Assembly (NCBI GenBank): GCA_903813345.2
Contig: CAIIXF020000001.1
Location: forward strand, 46,128,001-46,192,000
DNA length: 64,000 nt
Origin: Owenia fusiformis
Taxonomy: Eukaryota
Direction: 5' to 3'
Positions 50,801 to 63,193 of the stretch are shown here, piece after piece. How positions within the stretch are numbered: the first letter of the stretch is position 1; the number at the start of each line of letters is the position of its first letter. Position numbers and translations under genes: made by a program. The notes under the pieces were generated by a model. That model saw nothing but the letters and a program-made list of their open reading frames with translations, was not told the DNA's origin and ran no database searches.

Positions 50801-53800
50801 CTGCATCTATTGCATTCTCTTCCACGGTCATTTCTGATCATTAGCTTTGAGACTCAGACTCTGGTATCACATCTAATGAAGCATGGAAGCATCCCCTATG
50901 ACATCACACAATTCACATGATCAATTTTTTAATAGTAAAAGCACGTTACAACATATTCAAGTTAACATTTTAACGTGTTTGGTAATTTATGAGAGTTTAT
51001 TATGTGTGTTAACATGGTTAATTTGAGCCATTCTCTCAATTACTTTTATTTGCCCCAGGTGCCTCGATTTGCCGTTACCATGGCAACCATTTCTTATTTA
51101 ATATTTCTGTTAAACTAATATTTTTTGCTGAATTAATAAGACATTCTATGCTGCATTTTCTGTGAAAATTTCATTAGAATATATTGAAAAATAAAGAAAT
51201 TAGAGAGATATTATGAGAACTTTGTGATCAACCCTCGTATATCATATGAAAGCTTGTTCAATTCTGGACTTATTGAAACCACTTTGAATAAGCTCAACCG
51301 TTTTATACAACTTCCTACATATCTCTAGAAAAGGTACCCATTTTGCTTTTAGCATTGAATCTGAAAACCACATTTTTCCCAAATTAGCCATGTGCTCTGC
51401 AAACAGCTATGATAACCATCCCTTCATTCACTATTATCTATAGTAATGTACACCTTATAACATTTGATAGATGCTGGGGATATATCTCAATGATATTTTA
51501 AAGACAAAAGTAGTATATATTTCAAAAAATACCTACAGAGCTCCAGATGATTCAATGGATTATATAGCAATCTACTCCTCTCTTTAAATCCATTAGGAAA
51601 AGTAGCCACAAAGCATGCAAACTGAGGGTGTAGTGACTATCAAAAATAAGATGACATTTATGTTCCCATAGACCAGTTTTAACTTGTTTAAACCTTAAAC
51701 TTCTTTAAAACCTGTTTAATTTATGTTTAACAGCTTAGTTCAACACTACTAAAGCATACATGTCATCAAAAATGGATATATGTAAAAACATAAGGCTCAC
51801 CGTAATACCCCAAATATTAATATCAGCTCTGATATTGTACAATTCGTCAAAATTTGAACTTGATCAAAACCTTAAACTTATTTAAAACCCATCTTAATTA
51901 TGTTTTACATATTAGCTCCACACTACTAAACCATATATATCATCCAAAAAGGATAGATGTTAAAAATATAAGGGCCAAGCAAGGTTATACTTTAAATTCA
52001 TTAATTTCAGATCTGAAATTGTACAATACGCCAAAATTTTGAACTTGTTTAAAACGTTAAGTTTCTTTAAAACCCATCCAAATTATGTTATACATATTTC
52101 CACACAACTAAACCAAATATATCATGAAAAGGGATAGGCGTAAAAAACATATGGGCCAACCAAGGCTATACTTGAAATTCATTCATTCCTGATATTGTAC
52201 AATTCTTCAAATTGTTAAAATCCTTAAACCTTCATAAAATGCACCTAAATTATTTTTTACATCTTAATTCCACACTACAAAACCATACATATCATCAAAG
52301 GTGTCATCATCAGATGTAAAAAAAATATAAGGCTCATCCAAGGTCTTACCTAAAATTTGTAAATTCAGACCTGATATTGTACAATTCTTCAACTTTTGGA
52401 CTTGTTAGAATCCTTAAACCTTCTTAAAATTCAACTATATTTTCCATCTTAGTTCTATACCATAAAACCATAACTATCATAAAAGAGGAACAGATGTGAA
52501 AAACAAAAGAGTTGTCCAAGGTCATACCTGAAATTCTAATTTTCAGACCTGATATTGTACAATTAATTCTTCAAATTTTGAACTTGTTAGAATCCTTAAA
52601 CCTTCTTAAAATTCAACTATATTTTACATCTTAGTTTTATACCATAAAACCATAACTATCATTAAAGAGGAACAGATGAAAAAAACAAAAGAGCCATCCA
52701 AGGTCTTACCTGAAATTCGTAAATTCAGACCTGATATTGTACAATTTTCAAATTTTGAACTTGTTAAATTCCTTAAACCTTCTTAAAATTCATCTGAATT
52801 ATATTTTACATCTTAGTTTCACACTATAAAACCATAAATGTCATTAAAGAGGAACAGATGTAGAAAACAAAAGGGTCGTCCAAGGTCATACCTGAAATTG
52901 AAAATTCAGATCTGATATTATCCAATTCTTCAAATATTGAACTTGTTAAAATCCTTATACCTTCTTAGAATTCATCTATTAATTATATTTTACATCTTAG
53001 TTCCACACTATAAAACCATAAATATCATAAAAGGGGGAAAGATGTAAAAAAGATAATTGTTGTCCAAGGTCATACCTGAAATTCATAAATCCAGACCTGA
53101 TACAAAACCATAAATATCATCAAAGGGGGACAGATGTAAAAAATCTAAGGCTCATTCAAGGTCTTACCTAAAATTCGTAAATTCAGACCTGATATTATAC
53201 AATTTATCGAATTTTGAACTTGTTTAGAATTTTAAACTTGCTTAAAACCCATTTTAATTATTTTTTACATCTTAGTTCCATACTTCAAAACCATATTTAT
53301 CATCAAAGAGGGATAAATCTAGAAACCATAGGCATCAGCTATAGTCATACACAAAATCACCCCTCTCAAAAATGTCAAATTTTTCAAAAAATCAACAATA
53401 TTTTCCTTGGCCCCTACTGATTCATTTAGTTTGAAACTTTCAGGGCTTATAGCCCTACTACTGGACACTTCACATGAATTTTTCCAATGTCTTTCAGTGT
53501 CTGATTTAAAAGTGAGGCTCTAAATAGTAGTAAAATGGCTCACGAATTTGCCCCCTGGGGTACATACTTTGTACTATTTTTCAAATTCTGTAGAAGTGAT
53601 TGGCATTATTTATTTTGCAAATGATTCATATATATAATGTCTATGTATGTAACTTACAAACATCAAGATATCTAAAGTTATTGAGAATGAAAAAATTATT
53701 TTACCGGGGTGGGGTATTTTTGGGGGGTGGGGGGCTAACCCCTGAAAAAAAAGAATTATGTACCACTCTGTGAAGCTATTAGGATTTTCATCCAAGACTT

Positions 53801-53873
53801 CCCTCTAACTGAAAATGCTGCCAAACCAACTATACTCCATTTATTAAGAATTTTCCTCCTCGCTCTTAGAGTA
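47821..53873. mobile_element. 6 kb foldback-type DNA element with very long, internally repetitive TIRs and 3 bp TSD
   Basis: CTT|TACTCTAAGAGCGAGG ... CCTCGCTCTTAGAGTA|CTT; about 500 bp unique outer arms, then opposing arrays of about 185 bp repeats. Confidence 0.9.
50228..51237. mobile_element. Mariner-type palindromic MITE nested inside a truncated Tc1-type element (starting TA|CAGGGTG at 50157) within the foldback
   Basis: TA|CGAGGGTTGATCATAAAGTTCTC ... GAGAACTTTGTGATCAACCCTCG|TA; diverged arms of about 300 bp. Confidence 0.88.
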
Positions 53874-55579
53874 CTTCCAGTTTTGTCTATATTGAAAATT
53901 TGTATTGCTCTCCTGGCTATTAAAACTTCTTTATAATTCTTATACTTATTTATTCCTATAATTTGTTCAAAAGTGATATTATCAAAAAATTTCCATATAT
54001 CCCTTATTTTTGTACACTCATAAAAATTATGTTTAACATTGTCAATTATATTGCAATTCTCACAAAATGAACTATCTCTAATTCTAAAACGATTTAAAAT
54101 CTCATTACATGGATATATGTTGTGTAATGTTTTCCAGTGAATAATTAAGAGTTTGGCATCTACTTTGCACTTGAATGCTCTAAGCCAAGTTGCACATGAA
54201 ATATCCTTACCATTATACTGTAAAATCAATTTTCTTTTATCTGTACATAGTTTTCTAAAATCTGATGTTTCATAAAATGTTATCTCTTTACCATTTAAAT
54301 ATATTTTGAAATCATCATCCGCTTTTACATTGCCATAAAGTAATATTACATTTCTATTGATACAATTTGAAAGACCAATGTATTGTATCAGTGTCAAAGG
54401 ATTCCTACCAATAATCCTAGATATTTCATCATATGTCATTACTCTATCATTGGTTACAATATCACTTACAAAATTTATACCTTTTGCGATCCAATTTGTA
54501 AAACATATTTTATTTCCACTTATTTTTAACTTTTCATTATTCCAAATAATTGATTGGTCTGATTCAGTTTTATAATTTTGCCAAGTTTGTAAAACTTTCT
54601 TGTAAAAATGAGGTAAACCAGTATAATTATTAATTGTACTGTTGCACTTAAATACATAAAGTTCTGTTGCATATTTGCTATAGTAAAACTTTGGAAGACA
54701 TCTCCAATGTCCATTACCTGGTAAAACTATCAGTTTAATCCATTTCATAATAAATGAGACTTGCATATCATACATATCAATCATTTTCAGACCTCCATCT
54801 TTGTAATCTTGTACCATAAAATCCCTTTTAACATGTTCTGGTACAGATTTTAAATCCTCTTCCTTATAATTGCCTTTGGACCATATGAACTTAAAAAACA
54901 TGGTGTTCATTCTTCTTAATATGTCATCATTGAAAACAAAACTTTGCATTAAGTACATGAATTGTGATGAGACTAATGATTTAATCAGTGTGATTCTGCC
55001 TAACATAGTTAAATTACGCATTGACCACATTTTTAGGATATTTTGACATTTGGCAAATCTTGGTTCTATATTATCCGCTAAATTCATGACCTTTTCTGTT
55101 GTGCTATATAAAATACCTAAAAAACTAAGAGTTAGACAACATATGGGGGATGGTTAGGCAGGGTACTGACTGATTTTTATGACACAATAGTATGAGTGAA
55201 GCCATATTTTCGGATTTAAAAATGGATATCCTTTTTATTTATAATAGATTCTATACCCTACATTATTGGTTGTGAGTTTTACTGCGAAACAACTCAAATA
55301 CAGTACATGGAGATCTATTTCTAGCCTAAATATTGGCTATAATAACAAATTATAGTACTACCCTCTGATTATCACTAATATTTTTATAGTTTTGATTCTG
55401 ATTATGAAAAAAATCTGATAAGATCTTAAAGATCTTTAATGCAACTTTGTGTAGCTTTTATATGTTTGAAATTCAGGGAAATGAAAACTGGATAAATATA
55501 GACAGAAAATGAAGATTACATTTAACATAATCAGTCTAATTTGAAATGTAGATGAACTTGAGGGTAGTCCATTGCTTAC

Positions 55580-55690
55580 CTTCTTCCATCATATTCTCCC
55601 CCTCAGCAATGTTAAAATGCTTAAATATGGCATCAATGAATTCCTCTCTCTTAGGGTGGCCTTTTGGACATTCATGTCGAATATTAGTCC
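55580..55690 (-). CDS. ZIP transporter exon (ectodomain)
   Basis: GTNIRHECPKGHPKREEFIDAIFKHF..MMEE; TTGTAG and GTAAGC sites; phase 1 to 1. Confidence 0.85.
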
Positions 55691-55721
55691 CTACAATAAC
55701 ACCATTTAACCATGTTATATA

Positions 55722-56712
55722 CAGGGTGTCTCAAAAAAATGTACCCAAAAGTATATGAAGAGCACAGATAAACCAATCAATATTTTAAGACATTTTTTGC
55801 ATGGTCATGTAGCCGAAACATGAAAGTTTTCTCCCCAATACACCATTTTTATTTCAGTCTTGTCTTTTTGATGCTTTAACCCTTTACCTTTTACAACACA
55901 TAATCGATGTAACCTCATATTTGGACGACAGGCTGTATCCTTACTGTTAGATTGTTCATCACATTTGATAATAATTCCGGTGGAATGTTTTGGATTTCTC
56001 TTTGGATGTTGCCCTTAAGTTGTTTTAGAGCTTTTTGCTTGGAATGAGCATTAAAACACTCCTTCAAAGAGCCACAGAGAAAGATGTTTGAGGATGACGA
56101 TGGCAGAACAAATACAGATAATCAGGTCAATTATCGGCAAATGATTCAGGAGTTACCTTCCAGAGTAAGGCAGGCTAGCCTGGAGACCAAATGATATCCA
56201 AATGAAAACACAGTGGTCTCGAATTGATACATCAAACAAAAGCTACACTAGAATCCCAACCAATGCAGTTTCTTGAACTTCTGACCTCTCTGTATAAGGG
56301 GGCTATAAGACATTGTGAGGGCCTCCCTATTCACCATATTTGACGGCCCATACCTTTATCTCTGAGGCTATTTGAAGGACCATTTTTATGCTAAACCCAA
56401 GCTAAGAGACCAAGAACAACTTAAGACCAGCATCCAAACAGAAATCAAAACATTCTACCAGATATATCAAATGTGGTGAACAATGTAGGAGTAAGGATGC
56501 AGACTGTCATCGAAATATGAGGTTACATTGAATACGTGGTGTAAAAGTTAACGGGTTAAAGTATCAAAAAGGCAAAACTGAATTAAAAATTGTGTATAGG
56601 GGAAAAAACTTTCATCTTTTATCTGCAAGACCATGCAAAAAATGTCTGAAAATATTGATTGGTTTGTCTATGGTGCTGATATACTTTTGGGTACATTTTT
56701 TGAGACACCCTA
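55722..56712. mobile_element. Palindromic Tc1/mariner-derived element with about 360 bp arms
   Basis: TA|CAGGGTGTCTCAAAAAAATGTACCC ... GGGTACATTTTTTGAGACACCCTA|TA; decayed PPYSP..YL*GYLKD at about 56320-56380. Confidence 0.88.
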
Positions 56713-56871
56713 TACATATATCTCATTCCATTAAGGGAGATACTTCTACATCTTTCATCAACTCATATCCACTGATGCCAAACTTTTTGATTTTTCAATG
56801 GTCAGAGGCTTAATGTTTGGTAATTTAGTAGTCTCACATATTTTGTGGACTGATTATACTGTTATAAAGCC

Positions 56872-57664
56872 CACTCCCCCCAGTTTTCTGCAAGTTAAAA
56901 TGCTCAATTCTGCAAGTGAAATTAGTGAATTCTGCAAGAAGAAAGGGCTAATTCTGCAGAAATTCCGCGGATATTCGCGGCATTTTTTTGCGGTTATTAT
57001 AAAAAAAATCAAGATTGGTTTAACAAGAACAGTATCATATATTCTAAAAACATGATTTGATAATCATATTCCTACATGTTAAACCCTGCCACAAACAAAT
57101 TTGACCACTGAAAGTTCCATTTCCATGAAAATGCTGTAATTAATCAAATTTCACATTTTTCGAAACTTCAAACACGGAGGATCGGGCGCATAATGGGAAT
57201 CACGATATATGTAAATCAGGTTTTAAGTGTAATATCTCATTGGAGTTCGAAGTTTTCGATCAATAACTTAATAATATAAATAACTGTTATTAATTTATGT
57301 CTTTGTTTAACTTTCTGACGAGAACCGAAAGAAAAACTAATGGTTTTCGAACCAGTAAACGGGAAAATATCGTGATAGTCAGGTAGTCAGTCTCAGTCAC
57401 TACATACATGCTGCCATCTAACGGCAGAAATCAAACGATGGCGTTTAGAATTTTCACTTCGCATAATTTGGGTTATTTCTGCAAGGGATTTGACTGAAAA
57501 CGTGTCAAATTGTTACAGGTAAGACCGACTTTTTAAACTTTTGGAAAATATATGGATTCTGCGGAAAATTCCGCGGAAATTGACCAAAATAGTTGATTCT
57601 GCAATTCCGCGGGCAGAGGCAAATTCCGTCCGCGCTCTGCAAACACGGAATCCTGGGGGCAGTG
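56872..57664. mobile_element. Non-autonomous DNA transposon, 6 bp TSD
   Basis: AAAGCC|CACTCCCCCCAG ... CTGGGGGCAGTG|AAAGCC; sub-terminal TTCTGC/TTCCGC motifs. Confidence 0.85.
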
Positions 57665-57783
57665 AAAGCCTCTTATAGTGATAACTGCTTAGGTTACCAG
57701 TTAAAGATGAAAGTAATTACATTAACAGAAAACATTCATTACTTTCTCAAAATCATATAAATTAAGGATGTCTCCGTAATATA

Positions 57784-58274
57784 CTGTAGATTGGGTTAAT
57801 TTGACGCCCGCTTTAATTTGGCGAATTTGGCGAAATTGAAAAATTCGCCAATATAAATCTCCGCCAAAATTTAGAATAAATCCCCGGGAATCATCTAGGG
57901 TATTTCGTCCAGTGTATTTAGGTCACTTCCGGTTTATTTTTTCCAAAAATATGAAAAAATGTCTCTCATAAATTGGCTCAGAACTGGTCAGTCACTCATT
58001 TATACTCAGGGAAAAGTAGCAGGATCGATTGAGGTGTAAAATGTAAAGGATGATCTCACAAAAATGTACAAACGTGGTGAATATCGCCAGTGGTCCTCAA
58101 AAGAAAAAATGAACATAGCCAAACATGCCCATTTACATGGTAATTCGCAAACAGCGCGTAAGTTTAACATTCCATTAACATTTTTTTGCATATCCGCCAA
58201 ATTAAAAAGCCGCCAATATGCCAAAAATGGCAAAATCGCCAAATTAAGTAGCGCCAAATTAACCCAATCTACAG
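57784..58274 (+). mobile_element. pogo-derived MITE retaining the transposase N-terminal HTH
   Basis: TA|CTGTAGATTGGGTTAATTTG ... CAAATTAACCCAATCTACAG|TA; RGEYRQWSSKEKMNIAKHAHLHGNSQTARKFNIP. Confidence 0.85.
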
Positions 58275-58464
58275 TAAATAGAGATGAAATACTGCTCTTT
58301 TAAGTACATGTACAAGTAATGATTTGAAAAACAACATTTCAAAACTGGTATGTAATATGGTATGGTATGTATCAAACCAGCAAACATGAAACAGGTAGTG
58401 ACTGAATTACTTCTTCTGTTATTTTCTGTTTTTGTAAACATTTTTTATATACATGTATATCTAC

Positions 58465-58576
58465 CTTGAAGGAAATTCAGGACTAGTAATGTAGTCATCT
58501 TGCCCCAGTTTTCTTTTGTTGAAGCAGATGACTCTTCTAAACTAGCTGAATGCATCAATTCATCTATTGACACACA
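58465..58576 (-). CDS. ZIP transporter exon (ectodomain)
   Basis: CVSIDELMHSASL..KMTTLLVLNFLQG; TTGCAG and GTAGAT sites; phase 0 to 1. Confidence 0.85.
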
Positions 58577-60230
58577 CTGCAAGTAAAATAAATAAAAAAC
58601 AAACACTTGATCAAACATTGAAAAACCTTAAGGTCACCTACTTATACATTTAATATGAGCTCATGAATGTAAACCAACCAATTAAACTTTGACAAATCAA
58701 ATCAATTTAATTAAAGCAGTACTCTATACAGTATTTAACACACATCAGGTATGATGGGTTGAATCAAGCTTCCCCCCCCTCTCCTTCTCATACTTTATCT
58801 ATAAAAGATGACATTGTCAGAAAACTGAACCAAATACTGTATTGAGAATTATAGCTAAATAATGTATTTATAAGGCTATTAAAATAGAGCTTATGATCAA
58901 AGTACCTGTATATATTTCATGTTTGTTTCAAGATATAATTACCCCTCCAAATATAATCAATGTTTTTCTTTATACAAAAGAACAAAACAAAAGCAAGACA
59001 CATCTGAAAACTGAATAATCTAGCAATTTGTAAAATGTTGTCCTGATATATATTGCACACTGCAGTGACACATCGGTGTAAGATAAACTGGATAATGACA
59101 ACATAAAATAATTGCTTCGAACATGTCTTATATGCGTAAGACAAAGACAGTTATCATTTCCTAAAATGACTAATATAGATGAAGTGCTAGAATATTGATT
59201 TATTGCATGTACATGTACTAAGGTAAAGTATCATTAATATCACATAACTATTTTTCCAATTATACTAACTTGAAAATAACAAATAAAATGGCAGCCTGGA
59301 GCTATTTTTCAACATTGAAAATACATCATTATAAATCGACACATGTATCTCCACAGGATTTTTTCTCAAGTAGGTGCTAATTTCTCATATCCATAATTCA
59401 GACCAAAATTGGTCAAACTATGCCCACTTTCAATGATTTTTCTCATTTTCAAGTGGGTGCAAATGGATTCTCAGGTGGGTGCAAGCCTATTATCAAAATC
59501 TCATTCTCAGGTTGGTGCTGCGCCCACTTGAATGCTGGGGAGATACAATCACTGTGTATCCTTACACCGTATATATCACATTGTTAGGAGTTTCTAAGCA
59601 TTTGATTGGTCAATTGTGACAACGTTTATTCATATATGTATCACATGACTAATTTCCATGTGATACGGTGGGCAGTATTACTACAGTGAAATAATAATTT
59701 CAAAGCAAACTTTCAAAAACACAAAATTATAATAGTTACCAGGAGTAAGAGTACTGAACACAATCATAATGGTACCATCATAATGACCAAATCAAAATGC
59801 TTCAATTCAACATTCCAAGACATGCGATAAAATCATCATCACACATTACAGCTTATGTGATACAGGAAATATTCCAATCGGGTGAGAATGTATCACCACT
59901 CAAGCTTCACTTTCATGGATGATACAATATTACCTTTCAAGGAATATTTCCTGTATCCCATGCTGAAACGTGTGATAACTGATAGTATATCATCCCCTAT
60001 TATACCCTCAGATATATAGAATGAAGGAAATGAAAATTGAACAAAAATATTATTAACTTAAAAAATATGCAGGTTAATTCTGATATACCTATCAAAATAT
60101 TCTAGCAATGTTTTCAAGTTATAATTTAATAATATTGTATCTTGTATCTTATTGTATTGTATCTTTTACTAAAATCCAATGACTTTCTGTGAATAATATA
60201 AGATATCATCTTTGCTTATAGAAAAATATG

Positions 60231-61576
60231 AACCAGAACAACGGCAACGCCAAAGCGTAGCGAATCCCATCGAACAGCCATGGATGGCATTTTTACAAAC
60301 AAAGTAAATAGCAAAAATGGCAGCCATTTTTCAGAATGGCCGCCTTCTACCAAAAGTGTCATTAGACCATGTGCCATGCTTATAGTATTCATATATACCA
60401 AATATCAACAAAATCGCTCCACTACTTTTCAAGTTATAGTAAAAAAGTTAAAATGGCGGCCATTTTTCAAAATGGCCACCTTCTACCAAAAATGCCATAA
60501 GACAGTATGCCGTGCTTATAGTATTTACATACCAAATATAAACAAAATCGCTCCACTACTTTTCGAGTTATAGTAAAATACGTTAAAATGGCGGCCATTT
60601 TGAAAAATGACCGCCTTCTACCAAAAGTGTCATTAGACAGTGTGCCATGCTTACAGTATTCACATACCAAATATGAACAAAATCGCTTCACTACTTTTCG
60701 AGTTATAGTATAATACGTTAAAATGGCGGCCATTTTTCAAAAAATTTTTCAAAATGGCCGCCTTCTTTCAAAAGTGTCAAAGGACAGTGTGTCATGCTTA
60801 TAGTATTCACATACCAAATATGAACAAAATCGCTCCACTACTTTTCGAGTTATATAGTAAAATACGTTAAAATGGCGGCCATTTTGAAAAATGGCCGCCT
60901 TCTACCAAAAGTGTCATTAGACAGTGTGCCATGCTTATAGTATTCACATACCAAATATGAACAAAATCGCTTCACTACTTTTCGAGTTATAGTAAAATAC
61001 GTTAAAATGGCGGCCATGTTTCAAAATGGCGGCCATTTTTCAAAATGGCCGCCTTCTACCAAAAGTGTCTTTAGACAGTGTGCAATGTTTATAGTATTCA
61101 CATACCAAATATGAACAAAATCGCTCCACTACTTTTCGAGTTACAGCAAAAATCGTAAAATAACGAGTAAAGGCCGCCATTTTTCAAGATGGCTGCCATG
61201 TGCTTCTTTAATATCTACATTTCTAGCTTTATTAATGTCCTATATAATTTTTTTACATCTAAAACATATTGCTATTACAGTTTTACATATTGCACCTAAA
61301 TTACTGTAAATTCGGCACTAAAATGGCCGCCATTTTGAAATGAGCGGCCATTTTGAAAATCGGCTTTCGAGCAGAACTTCTACCCCCATAGGGTATATTT
61401 GTACAAAATATGAACAAAATCGGGCCAACGGTATTTGAGTTATTGCCCGGACGGACGGACGGACGTACGGACGGACGGACGGACGGACGGACGTACGGAC
61501 GTACGGACGGACGTACGTACGGACGGACGGACGGAGGCGTTCCCTATATCCCTCCGAACTTCGTTCAATGGGATAA
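60231..61576 (-). mobile_element. Family B Helentron-like element, second copy
   Basis: Near-identical termini and unique segment to 36230-37347; more core units and a longer (GGAC/GTAC)n tract. Confidence 0.85.
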
Positions 61577-61979
61577 TAAGGTAGAGCTATAAATTATACA
61601 ACTGAACACAGAGTAAGGATATGGCCAACAAGGGTCAGCCCTGGAATCATGGGCTGACAAGAAAAATCAAATCAAATATCCAAATAATATGACTACCACA
61701 TTACTATGAATTAAATTATATTAACAACTTGATACTAAAGATCTAAAATCTGCACAAATTAATTCCATCACATATTCAGATAACAAACAGCTTTCCTGAA
61801 ATCATACAACCATATGAGTACCAGTTCAGGATGATTGCCCGAAGTTTAATTAATCTCCGGGAAAAAGATAATCCTTCATGTAATTTTCATGAATTTAGAG
61901 ATCTCATGGAAATGAGATGAAAGATCATGGCAATATTAAGAGCTGCATATGATAAAAGCCAAGTTATCCAAGTATTTAC

Positions 61980-62354
61980 CTCATGTTCATCCATGTGGTC
62001 ATCATGCTCATCTTCTCCATGCTCATCTGCCCCATGCTCATCTGCCCCATGCTCATCTTCTCCATGGTGATCTTCTCCATGCTCATGTTCACCTTCTCCA
62101 TGAAGTTTCTCTATTAGTACTTCAATGAAGTGCTCAACTTGATCGTGGAAATTGTCAAAATTGTCTTTCTCAAAATTCATAATTCCATCCACATAGAAAG
62201 CTAAGTCCATTGTGATATTGGATGATACATTTTGGCAAATATTTTCCATGTGGAAAATGTGATATATGATGACCAAAGAGGCATCATTAAATTGTGCTTC
62301 ATTGATAGATTGGTTCGATGTAACGATTTGGAAGACTTTTGAAGAAGACAGACA
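61980..62354 (-). CDS. ZIP transporter exon (N-terminal helical domain plus His/Glu repeat); upstream exons lie outside the window
   Basis: TTTCAG acceptor, GAG|GTAAAT donor; CLSSSKVFQI..FNDASLVIIYHIFHMENIC..HGEGEHEHGEDHHGEDEH. Confidence 0.88.
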
Positions 62355-63193
62355 CTGAAATTAGATAAAAGATATATAAGTTTAAAATACCCGTTTTATT
62401 TTTTATTTCTAAGGGTTATTATTACTTAATCTAAGGAAGCAATAACTGACAAATTAAAGTGCAAATACAATTTATGGCAGGATCTAACATATCATGCCAG
62501 TGATTATGATATTCCTAATAGTTATACACTCAACATTCTGTTTTTATTAATAGTAAAGAAAACTTGGCCCAACATTCAATGCAAATAAAAACACTAACAT
62601 ATAATAGTGGATGGCTTGTGAGCTAACCATTTATTTATTCAGGCAGTAATACATACAAAAAACAAAAATAAACAAATACCAAAATCTATTAATCTCATCT
62701 ATCATGAATTCCTTTCTGGGATTCTACACAAATGCTAAGCTAAACAGATCAATTTTCAAAACATGATTTCTTCAATCATAAATATGACAATATGCCTGAT
62801 CTGTCTTGTGTGCATCCTCCGATCACAGTCCTCCTTCTTCTAAGAAGAAGTAAGAAGGAGGTACGAGTTCTGGAGGCCTGTGTTTGGAGGATGTCTTGTG
62901 TGTGAGGTCCAGTGAGACACCAACATTTTTTTAAGCTCCCAAATAGATAATATATAACTATAACTTGCCAGGATCCCTCAAGATGTATTATGGACGCTGG
63001 TAGACGAGTATTGTAATAAATTTTTACAAATTATGATATACCAAATTAAAGATACTTAAATTTCCTATATTGGTATATAATACGGCATGTTGTATTATAA
63101 CTAGTAAATTTCTAAATAAGCAATTTTGTTGTACTTCCTAAACTTTAAGCAAATTACAATTTTCATCCAATTCCCAACATGATGTGAATTGTA

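Larger units (their letters stand above)
47692..55120 (-). mobile_element. 5'-truncated L1/Tx1-like LINE (ORF2 C-terminal part), split by a foldback insertion
   Basis: TSD AAAACTAAGAG(TT) at 47679 and 55121; A-rich tail at 47690-47705; ORF motifs W..RNLTMLGRITLIKSL, GGL, and CxxC..H..C finger; frame resumes at 47817 and stops at 47762. Confidence 0.9.

Noticed and set aside
48281..53420. Mirror-image ORFs MNLFKILN../MNLFRILN../MNLIKTLN..
   Set aside because: By-products of the inverted satellite arms; non-ATG starts and no coding signature
53756..53873. Last about 39 aa of the 443 aa ORF in the track
   Set aside because: Read-through into the foldback TIR; the true LINE C-terminus resumes at 47817
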